Notes under the pieces: generated by a model
The model's input: only the letters and a program-made list of their open reading frames with translations
Told to the model about the DNA's origin: nothing
The model's database searches: none
Shown here: positions 17,101-24,000 of the stretch, one piece after another
Layout: each line of letters opens with the position of its first letter
Position numbering within the stretch: position 1 is the first letter of the stretch
Source of the DNA: Feifania hominis
GTDB taxonomy: Bacteria; Bacillota; Clostridia; Oscillospirales; Feifaniaceae
Length of the DNA: 24,000 nt
Direction of reading: 5' to 3'
Assembly: GCF_014384765.1 (NCBI RefSeq)
Contig: NZ_JACRSP010000001.1
Location: forward strand, 484,759-508,758
Translations under genes and position numbers: made by a program

Positions 17101-18798
17101 ATGCTGACAAAGCTTTACATTGAGAATATTGCGATCATCGAAACCGTCACCATCGACTTTGAGGACGGTTTTTCCGTGCTGACCGGTGAGACCGGCGCCG
17201 GCAAATCCATATTGATCGACGCGATCAACATGGTGCTCGGCGAGCGCTCTTCACGCGAGCTGATTCGCTCGGGAGCAAGATCCGCTCTTGTGATGGCCGA
17301 ATTTGAACACCTGCCGGTCGCGGCTCTTCACACACTCAGCGAAGCCGGATACGCTCCCGACGAGGAGGGAAAAGTCCTCCTTTCCCGGGAAATGACTGCG
17401 GACGGGAAGAACACCTGCCGCATTGGCGGCAGACCCGCGTCGGTGGCAGTGCTGCGTGAGGTGGGCGGCTATCTGGTCAACATCCACGGCCAGCACGACA
17501 ACCAGGCGCTGCTGCAGCCTGAGCAGCACATCCACTTTCTCGATCGCTACGCGGGCAATGCCGCGCTGCTGGCGCAGTACGGCGAAGCCTATCGCCGTGC
17601 AGTTTCACTTGAGCGGGAGATCGCGAAGCTCACCATGGACGACCAGGAGAAAAACCGCCGCATTGAGCTTCTGCGCTACCAGCTCGACGAGATCGCAGCT
17701 GCAGACTTGAAACCGGGTGAGGAACAGGAGCTCGCCGAAAAGCAGAGTTTGCTCGCAAATTCCCAGAGGATCATGGAGGGAGCGGGGGCCGCCTACCAGC
17801 TGCTCGCGGGCGATGAGGAGACGACCGCTCAGCAGCTTCTCGGACAGGCGTCAAAGGCGCTCGCATCCATTGCCGGATATGCGCCGAAGCTTTCGGAGCT
17901 CAGCGAGAGGACAACCGAGCTCTCGGTGCTGGCGCAGGATGTTGCGGGCGAGCTCGCCGACTTTCTGGCGGGCGCGGAGTGCGACCCCGGCGAACTCGAC
18001 CGGATTGAGCTTCGGCTCGATCAGATCTACAGACTCAAAAAGAAATACGGCGACAGCGTGGAGGAGATTTTGCAGTACGCCGATACCATCTCGGCTGAAC
18101 TCGATGAGATCACGTTTTCCGAGGAGAAGCTCACGAAGCTCAAGGCGCAATATGAGTCTGCGCGCGGTGAGATGATTCGCCTCGCACAGGAGCTCTGCGA
18201 AAGCCGCCGCGCCGCGGCGAAAGGCCTTGAGAGCGCCATCGCGCAGGAGCTTAGTTATCTCGATATGCCCAATGTCACCTTTGTCGTGCAGCAGGATATG
18301 CGATACTCCGGCGAGGCCATCGACTACGCCCCGCTGGGGTGTGATAAAATTGAATTTTTGATTTCCAGTAACTTGGGTCAGCAGGCGCGTCCGCTCGCCA
18401 AAATTGCCTCGGGCGGCGAACTGTCACGCACCATGCTTGCGCTCAAGAGCATTCTCGCCAAGGGCGACGATACATCGACGCTCATCTTCGACGAGATTGA
18501 CACGGGTGTGAGCGGCCGTGCGGCAGAAAAAATCGGCCGAAAGCTGCGGGCAATCGCAGCGGACAAGCAGGTGATCTGCGTGACGCATCTCTCGCAGATC
18601 GCAGCCCTTGCCGACCATCAGTACCTGATAGAGAAGACATCCGATCAGACGAGCACCCACACAGACGTAAGGCACCTCGACAGGGACGGGCGTGTGCGGG
18701 AACTTGCGCGGCTGATCAGCGGCGCGACCATCACTGAGCTTGCGCTGCGAAATGCACAGGAGATGCTCAACACGATTGAAAAATCATTGGAGGAATAG
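17101..18798 (+). CDS. recN: DNA repair protein RecN
   Basis: [49 protein letters not shown]...[52 protein letters not shown]. Confidence 0.98.
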   Translation: MLTKLYIENIAIIETVTIDFEDGFSVLTGETGAGKSILIDAINMVLGERSSRELIRSGARSALVMAEFEHLPVAALHTLSEAGYAPDEEGKVLLSREMTADGKNTCRIGGRPASVAVLREVGGYLVNIHGQHDNQALLQPEQHIHFLDRYAGNAALLAQYGEAYRRAVSLEREIAKLTMDDQEKNRRIELLRYQLDEIAAADLKPGEEQELAEKQSLLANSQRIMEGAGAAYQLLAGDEETTAQQLLGQASKALASIAGYAPKLSELSERTTELSVLAQDVAGELADFLAGAECDPGELDRIELRLDQIYRLKKKYGDSVEEILQYADTISAELDEITFSEEKLTKLKAQYESARGEMIRLAQELCESRRAAAKGLESAIAQELSYLDMPNVTFVVQQDMRYSGEAIDYAPLGCDKIEFLISSNLGQQARPLAKIASGGELSRTMLALKSILAKGDDTSTLIFDEIDTGVSGRAAEKIGRKLRAIAADKQVICVTHLSQIAALADHQYLIEKTSDQTSTHTDVRHLDRDGRVRELARLISGATITELALRNAQEMLNTIEKSLEE

Positions 18799-18802
18799 AA
18801 AG

Positions 18803-20029
18803 ATGGGAGTTTTTCAGGAACTCAAAAGCCGCGGGCTCATCGCCCAGGCGACACATGAACAGGAGATTGAACAGCTTCTCGAAAAGGAGCATGTGACCTT
18901 TTACGTCGGCTTTGACCCGACTGCCGACAGTCTGCACATCGGCCACTATCTGCAGCTGCTCGTCATGAGCCACATGCAGCGCGCGGGGCATCGCCCGATC
19001 GCGCTCATCGGCGGCGGCACCGGCATGATCGGCGATCCGACCGGGCGGGCGGACATGCGCCAGATGATGACGGTAGAGACCATCGAGCACAACTGCGAGT
19101 GCTTCAAAAAGCAGATGTCGCGCCTTGTGGACTTCTCGGAGGGCAAAGCGCTGATGGTCAACAACGGCGACTGGCTTTTAAAACTCAACTACATCGATTT
19201 TCTGCGTGAGATCGGCGTGCACTTCTCGGTCAACAAGATGCTGACCTACGAGTGCTTCAAGAGCCGGTTTGAAAAGGGTCTGTCGTTTTTGGAGTTCAAC
19301 TACATGCCCATGCAGAGCTACGACTTTTTGACGCTCTACCGCAAGTATGGCTGCAGACTGCAACTCGGCGGAAACGACCAGTGGTCAAACATCATAGGCG
19401 GCGTTGAACTGATCCGCCGCATCGAGGGCGGCGAGGCCTATGGCATGACGTTCAACCTGCTGACTACCTCCGACGGCAAGAAGATGGGCAAGACTCAGAA
19501 AGGCGCCGTCTGGCTCGATGCGGACAAGTTTTCGCCCTACGACTTCTTCCAGTACTGGAGAAATGTCGACGACGGTGAAGTGGTTCGTTTTCTCAAGATG
19601 CTGACGTTTTTGCCGGTCGAGGAAATCGAGAGGGAGTACGCCCATCTTGAGGGGCAGCAGCTCAACCATGCCAAGGAAGTGCTCGCCTACGAGGTGACCA
19701 AACAGATCCACGGCGAGGAGGAGGCCAAAAAGGCCCTGAATGCGGCGAAAAACGTGTTTTCCGGCTCGGCGCACGACGAGAATATGCCGACCGCTGAAAT
19801 TGCGAAATCTGAGCTCGGGGAGGGTATTGGCATTCTCGATTTGCTCGTCAAGAGTAAAATTGCCCCCTCGAAGTCCGAGGCACGCCGTCTTGTCACACAG
19901 GGGGGCATCACGGTGAACGACAAGAAAGTGGACGACGCGGCGCAGCTGTTTACCGAGGGAGACTTCCACGGCGGATTCATCATTGTCAAAAAGGGCAAAA
20001 AGTCGGTTACCAAAGTCGTTTTGGCATAA
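18803..20029 (+). CDS. tyrS: Tyrosyl-tRNA synthetase
   Basis: [64 protein letters not shown]; C-terminal S4 domain. ATG 18803. Confidence 0.98.
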   Translation: MGVFQELKSRGLIAQATHEQEIEQLLEKEHVTFYVGFDPTADSLHIGHYLQLLVMSHMQRAGHRPIALIGGGTGMIGDPTGRADMRQMMTVETIEHNCECFKKQMSRLVDFSEGKALMVNNGDWLLKLNYIDFLREIGVHFSVNKMLTYECFKSRFEKGLSFLEFNYMPMQSYDFLTLYRKYGCRLQLGGNDQWSNIIGGVELIRRIEGGEAYGMTFNLLTTSDGKKMGKTQKGAVWLDADKFSPYDFFQYWRNVDDGEVVRFLKMLTFLPVEEIEREYAHLEGQQLNHAKEVLAYEVTKQIHGEEEAKKALNAAKNVFSGSAHDENMPTAEIAKSELGEGIGILDLLVKSKIAPSKSEARRLVTQGGITVNDKKVDDAAQLFTEGDFHGGFIIVKKGKKSVTKVVLA

Positions 20030-20042
20030 AGATAAAAGAGAG

Positions 20043-20079
20043 ACCGGCACAGCAAAAATCGCTGTGCCGGTTATTTTTT
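20043..20079 (+). terminator. Rho-independent terminator after tyrS
   Basis: ACCGGCACAGC-AAAAATC-GCTGTGCCGGT 11 bp stem followed by TATTTTTT. Confidence 0.92.
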
Positions 20080-20081
20080 AT

Positions 20082-20149
20082 AGACTATCAAAATAGTCTT
20101 GACATTCTCAGACGATTGCGATAGTATGATGATAAACTATTGCAATAGT
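20082..20149. promoter_or_regulatory. Cluster of three operator-like dyads around the promoter
   Basis: AGACTATCAAAATAGTCT (20082-20099), ACGATTGCGATAGT (20112-20125, imperfect), ACTATTGCAATAGT (20136-20149, perfect palindrome). Confidence 0.7.
20099..20127 (+). promoter_or_regulatory. Strong sigma-A promoter of the blaI/blaR-like operon
   Basis: TTGACA (20099-20104) - 17 bp - TAGTAT (20122-20127). Confidence 0.8.
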
Positions 20150-20167
20150 CCAAAAGGAGAGAACCAT

Positions 20168-20539
20168 ATGGGAATCAAACTGTTTGACTCCGAGCTGAAA
20201 GTCATGGAGATACTCTGGAGAGAGGGTGATACCACGGCCAAACAGCTCTCGCTCAAGCTGGGTGAGAGTGTGGGCTGGAATAAGAACACAACCTATACTG
20301 TCATAAAGAAGTGTGTGGAAAAGGGCGCTATAGAGCGCCGGGAGCCCGATTTTCTCTGCCACGCGCTGATCACCAGGCAGCAGGCGCAGCAGCAGGAGGT
20401 GGACGAGCTGATCGATAAGCTGTTCGACGGCTCGGCCGAGGGCCTCTTCGCGGCGCTGCTGAGTCGTCGGGGTGTACCACAGGATGTGGTGCAGCGCCTG
20501 CGAGACGAGGTGGAGCGGGCGAGCGGAGGCGCAGTATGA
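20168..20539 (+). CDS. BlaI/MecI/CopY family winged-helix transcriptional repressor
   Basis: LFDSELKVMEILWREGDTTAKQLSLKLGESVGWNKNTTYTVIKKCVEKGAIERREPDFLCHALITRQQAQQQEVDELIDKLFDGS; ATG 20168 with RBS aaggaga. Confidence 0.95.
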   Translation: MGIKLFDSELKVMEILWREGDTTAKQLSLKLGESVGWNKNTTYTVIKKCVEKGAIERREPDFLCHALITRQQAQQQEVDELIDKLFDGSAEGLFAALLSRRGVPQDVVQRLRDEVERASGGAV

Positions 20540-22002
20540 TGCTTCTGAGCTTTGTTCAGACAACCGTTCTCGGCGGCGTGATGATTGCCGTGATTCTGCT
20601 TTTGCGTGCCGCGCTGAAAGGCCGCCTTGGCGCGGGACTTTTTCGTGTCCTGTGGGCTCTTGCGGCGCTGCGGCTGCTCATTCCGGCCGCCATTCGAGTT
20701 TCACTGCCGGTTTATCCGATATTGTCGTCACCTGTCACCGGGTCGGCGCACGGCTCCGACACCTTGACGCGCGAGCTTCTAGCGAAGCTGCCGGAGAATC
20801 TTCAAAGTGTTCTCCCAGCGGTACATGGTACGACAGCCGCAATACCGGCAGGCATGCTCTTCTGGCTTTTCGGCTGCGCAGCGGCGACCCTCTATTTCGC
20901 TGTGACCTATTGCCGCTGCAGAGCGGAACTTCGGACCTCTCTGCCCGCCGACTGTGCTGCGGTCAACTGCTGGATTTCCCGCCATGCCGTCACAAGAAAG
21001 ATTGAAGTGCGTGTCTCGGACAAAATTGCAACGCCGCTGACCTACGGCATTTTTCATCCCGTCATTCTGCTGCCAAAGCAGACAGACTGGACCGACGAGC
21101 GGCAGCTCGACTTTGTGCTCACCCATGAATGGGTGCACATCAGGCGATATGACGCGCTCTATAAGCTCATTCTCACCGCGGCGCTCTGCCTGCACTGGTG
21201 CAATCCGCTTGTCTGGGTGATGGCCCTTGTCGCAAACAGGGATTTGGAGCTCTCCTGTGACGAGCAGGTGCTGCGCGCAGCAGGGGAGCAGCAAAGACAG
21301 GCCTATGCGCTGACGCTGCTGACCCTGCAGGAACGCAGAAATCGCCGCACAACACTTTACAGCCACTTTGGGAAATACCCCATTGAAGAAAGGATAACTG
21401 CCATTATGAAATACAAAAAGACATCGCTTCTGGCGGTGGTTCTCGCGGTACTTTTGGCCGCCGCCATGACGACCGCTTTTGCCCTGATGCCCCAGCAGTC
21501 GGAGGAGCCCGCAGACGGCTCCGTACCGATCGCCCCGATTGAACCGGTCAGCAGCGGGGATTCCCCACCTTTGACAGGTGGGAAAACTCTGCTCTGCTGG
21601 CCTGCGGAGGACTGCTATCTGGTCACAGCGAGCTTTGGGCTCTCAAGGCCGGACGGCAGTGAGATGGACCACATCACCATCAGCGGAGAAAATGCCAGAC
21701 ATGCTCCCGTTTTGGCCGCTGCCGACGGTATAGTCAGCTTTGCGGACTTTGATGGAACGAACGGCAACTGCATCGTGATCGACCACATCAACGGACTGCG
21801 CACCGTATACTCCCACTGCGCCAAAATCGATGTCAAAAAGGGCGATACCGTCAAGGCGGGAGATGCCATTGCCACAATCGGCAGCTCAGGCAGCGCCACC
21901 GGCCCCTGTCTCGGCTTTGCCGTCTATGAAGATGACATCGCCTGCGACCCTGTTTCTCTGATGCCTGATTCCGTCATCGAAAAGCTCAGCTGCTTGAAGT
22001 AG
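20536..22002 (+). CDS. BlaR1-like M56 family metallopeptidase fused to a C-terminal M23-like (LytM) domain
   Basis: Multi-TM N-terminus, THEWVHIRRYD (HExxH) and ANRDLELSCDEQVL typical for M56; C-terminal HAPVLAAADGIVSFADFDGTNGNCIVIDHINGLRTVYSHCAKIDVKKGDTVKAGDAIATIGSSGSATGP typical M23 fold; ATGA coupling to repressor. Confidence 0.93.
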   Translation: MMLLSFVQTTVLGGVMIAVILLLRAALKGRLGAGLFRVLWALAALRLLIPAAIRVSLPVYPILSSPVTGSAHGSDTLTRELLAKLPENLQSVLPAVHGTTAAIPAGMLFWLFGCAAATLYFAVTYCRCRAELRTSLPADCAAVNCWISRHAVTRKIEVRVSDKIATPLTYGIFHPVILLPKQTDWTDERQLDFVLTHEWVHIRRYDALYKLILTAALCLHWCNPLVWVMALVANRDLELSCDEQVLRAAGEQQRQAYALTLLTLQERRNRRTTLYSHFGKYPIEERITAIMKYKKTSLLAVVLAVLLAAAMTTAFALMPQQSEEPADGSVPIAPIEPVSSGDSPPLTGGKTLLCWPAEDCYLVTASFGLSRPDGSEMDHITISGENARHAPVLAAADGIVSFADFDGTNGNCIVIDHINGLRTVYSHCAKIDVKKGDTVKAGDAIATIGSSGSATGPCLGFAVYEDDIACDPVSLMPDSVIEKLSCLK

Positions 22003-22003
22003 A

Positions 22004-22037
22004 AAAAAGACTGCCGCCAAAAGGCGGCAGTCTTTTT
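22004..22037. terminator. Bidirectional terminator between convergent operons
   Basis: AAAAAGACTGCCGCC-AAAA-GGCGGCAGTCTTTTT perfect 15 bp stem, A-tract/T-tract on each side. Confidence 0.95.
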
Positions 22038-22044
22038 GTCGTGG

Positions 22045-22527
22045 TTATGATCTCACGGGAGCGGTGCCGAATGTCTGAGTGAGTTCGTCCTCCACCGAAT
22101 GGGTGCTGTGGGCGTCGCAGAGAACGGAGATTTCCGTCTCTGCCGTGGTAATCATGATGGCGTCGATACCCAGCGCATCGAGCTTTTCAAACACACCCGC
22201 CGCAGCGCCTGGCGTATGGCGCATCTGCTCCCCGCGAAAGACGATCTTGAGGTTTCCAGATGAGATGTCGCTCGAGAGCTCGGGGTGATCGCTTTTGTAG
22301 GAGCCCGCCACGCCGAGAACGGCGCCGAGCTGCTCGTCGGGGAGTGAAAAGGAGATGTTAATCGCGCCGCCGAGCGGCGCCGTCTGGGAGATCATATCAA
22401 TGTTGACGCCGGCGTCGGCAATGGCCTGCAGCAGAGCGGCAATCTCCTTCAGCGAGGAGGGGAAGTGGTTGAGGGTCACATGGGTCACACCCTCGGTCAA
22501 GAGAATTTCGGTGACGACTTGGTTCAC
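22045..22527 (-). CDS. Stand-alone tandem ACT-domain protein (aspartokinase regulatory-domain-like)
   Basis: TEGVTHVTLNHFPSSLKEIAALLQAIADAGVNIDMISQTAPLGGAINISFSLPDEQ...AGVFEKLDALGIDAIMITTAETEISVLCDAHSTHSVEDEL, resembling the two ACT repeats of LysC; no kinase domain. GTG start. Confidence 0.85.
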   Translation of the reverse strand: MNQVVTEILLTEGVTHVTLNHFPSSLKEIAALLQAIADAGVNIDMISQTAPLGGAINISFSLPDEQLGAVLGVAGSYKSDHPELSSDISSGNLKIVFRGEQMRHTPGAAAGVFEKLDALGIDAIMITTAETEISVLCDAHSTHSVEDELTQTFGTAPVRS

Positions 22528-22529
22528 GG

Positions 22530-23288
22530 TTACACCTCCTGAATCAGATTGGACATGTTGTAAAGGCCCGGGCCCTTATTCTCCAGATACACAGCAGCCC
22601 TCAGAGCTCCCACTGCAAAGACCTCCTTGGAGGTGGCGGTGTGGCGCAGCTCAATGAGCTCATCCGTGCCGGCGAAGAGAATTTCGTGCTCGCCGACAAT
22701 GGTGCCGCCGCGCACCGAGGAGAAGCCGATGTCGTTTTTTTGCCGCCGCTCCCTTACGGCATGGCGGTCATAGACATAGCGCGGCTGTTCACTGAGCGCT
22801 TCGCGCATGGCATCGGCAAGCATGAGCGCTGTGCCGCTGGGTGCGTCGATCTTTTTGTTGTGGTGCCGCTCGATGATCTCAATGTCAAACTGATCCTGCA
22901 GGAGCGCAGCTGCTCTGCGGGCGAGGTCCGCGAGCAGATTGATGCCGATGGACATGTTGGCGCTGTGAAAGACGGCAATCCGTTTCGCTGCGGCCCTGAT
23001 TGCATCGAGCTGTTCGGGTGCGAGTCCGGTGGTACACATGACAAGCGGCGTTTCGGTGTCAAGTGCGTAGCGCAAAATGCCGTCAAAGGCGGAGGGGTGG
23101 GAAAAGTCGACGAGCACACCCTTGATCTCGGGCAGCTGCTCGGGGGAGGCGTAGATGGGAAAATCGGCAGCTCCCTGTGTGTTTTTGTCGAGCCCCGCCA
23201 CAATTTTCACACCGTGCGTCTCGCCGGCGAGTCGCGCAATGGTGCGACCCATGGCGCCGTTTGCGCCGCTGAGAATGATATGCGTCAT
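22530..23288 (-). CDS. dapB: 4-hydroxy-tetrahydrodipicolinate reductase
   Basis: MTHIILSGANGAMGRTIARL...VDFSHPSAFDGILRYA...TGLAPEQL...IERHHNKKIDAPSGTALMLADAM...GFSSVRGGTIVGEHEILFAGTDELIELRHTATSKEVFAVGALRAA. Start ATG at 23288. Confidence 0.97.
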   Translation of the reverse strand: MTHIILSGANGAMGRTIARLAGETHGVKIVAGLDKNTQGAADFPIYASPEQLPEIKGVLVDFSHPSAFDGILRYALDTETPLVMCTTGLAPEQLDAIRAAAKRIAVFHSANMSIGINLLADLARRAAALLQDQFDIEIIERHHNKKIDAPSGTALMLADAMREALSEQPRYVYDRHAVRERRQKNDIGFSSVRGGTIVGEHEILFAGTDELIELRHTATSKEVFAVGALRAAVYLENKGPGLYNMSNLIQEV

Positions 23289-23298
23289 GGCAGCGCCC

Positions 23299-24000
23299 TC
23301 ACTTGAGCAGGCCGTGACGCTCGAGGCAGGCCTTGAGCACGGCATGGTTTGCTTCGCTCATTTCACACAGCGGCAGGCGCAGGGGACCGGCGCCCATCCC
23401 CATCAGGTTCATCGCCTCTTTGACAGGGATGGGATTGACCTCAATGAACAGCGTATTGATCAAATCGAGGTAGTCAAGCTGCATTTTTGTGCTTTCAGCG
23501 ACTTTTCCGTCAAAGAAGAGCTCGCAGATCTCATGGGTTTCGCGGGGCAGAATGTTCGCAAGCACCGAAATGACGCCTTTGCCGCCGAGGGAGAGAACCG
23601 GCAGAATCTGGTCGTCGTTGCCGGAGTAGATCGCGAGCTCATCACCGCAGCGGGCTGCAATCTGAGCCACCTGAGAGAGGTTGCCGCTCGCCTCCTTGAT
23701 GGCCACAATATTCGGAATTTTTGCGAGCTGCTCACAGGTCTCGGGTGTGATATTCAAGCCCGTGCGGCTTGGCACATTGTAGAGAATAATCGGAATTGTG
23801 ACGCTCTCGGCAATCGCAGTATAGTGGCGCACAAGACCCCTCTGGGTGGTCTTGTTGTAGTAGGGGGTGACAAGCAGCAGTGCATCTGCGCCGACCGACT
23901 CAGCGTGACGGGAGGTTTCAATGGCGGTCTGGGTGTTGTTGCTGCCGGCGCCCGCAATGACCGGAACCCGGCCGGCGACCTGCCGCACGGTGAATTCAAT
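23299..24000 (-). CDS. dapA: 4-hydroxy-tetrahydrodipicolinate synthase, 5' end truncated by window edge
   Basis: [92 protein letters not shown]...[26 protein letters not shown]. Confidence 0.97.
   Translation of the reverse strand: MEFTVRQVAGRVPVIAGAGSNNTQTAIETSRHAESVGADALLLVTPYYNKTTQRGLVRHYTAIAESVTIPIILYNVPSRTGLNITPETCEQLAKIPNIVAIKEASGNLSQVAQIAARCGDELAIYSGNDDQILPVLSLGGKGVISVLANILPRETHEICELFFDGKVAESTKMQLDYLDLINTLFIEVNPIPVKEAMNLMGMGAGPLRLPLCEMSEANHAVLKACLERHGLLK

Noticed and set aside
19385-20050. 221-aa ORF antisense to tyrS
   Set aside because: Fully opposite a confident tyrS; sequence has the character of an antisense translation of a GC-biased gene.
20472-21005. 177-aa ORF overlapping the start of the M56 gene in another frame
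   Set aside because: Cys/Arg/Ser-rich shadow frame of a confident M56 coding region.
1-24000. CRISPR arrays, mobile elements, phage genes, toxin-antitoxin or other defence systems
   Set aside because: No regularly spaced repeats, transposase/integrase motifs or recognisable defence genes were found; the window is mostly core chromosomal genes.

Overview
This 24 kb window looks chromosomal, from a sporulating low-GC-lineage Gram-positive (Clostridia-like) bacterium with fairly GC-rich DNA. Left to right it holds: the 3' part of gatB; a small HD-domain (RelA/SpoT-type) hydrolase; the full spoIIIAA-AH operon; an Asp23/Gls24 protein; and a long housekeeping cluster, nusB - TsaD/Kae1-like paralog - xseA - xseB - ispA - YuiD-like (divergent PAP2) protein - ~650 nt non-coding region - small 4-TM membrane protein - dxs - tlyA-type methyltransferase - nadK - argR - recN - tyrS. 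After that come a BlaI-type repressor and an M56/M23-like fusion sensor, then on the minus strand an ACT-only aspartokinase-like protein, dapB and partial dapA. The most striking element is the structured non-coding region at ~11789-12436. It has its own sigma-A-like promoter, many G/C-rich helices and a T-run at its end, and it is followed by a membrane protein resembling OapA. Position, size and partner match the OLE (Ornate Large Extremophilic) RNA/OapA system. That system is already described in other bacteria, so it is not novel as a class, but it is an uncommon large ribonucleoprotein locus. Secondary points of interest are an M56 sensor fused to an apparently zinc-site-degenerate M23 domain with three operator-like dyads upstream of its repressor gene, a divergent TsaD/Kae1-like paralog, and a kinase-less aspartokinase-type ACT protein beside dapA/dapB.
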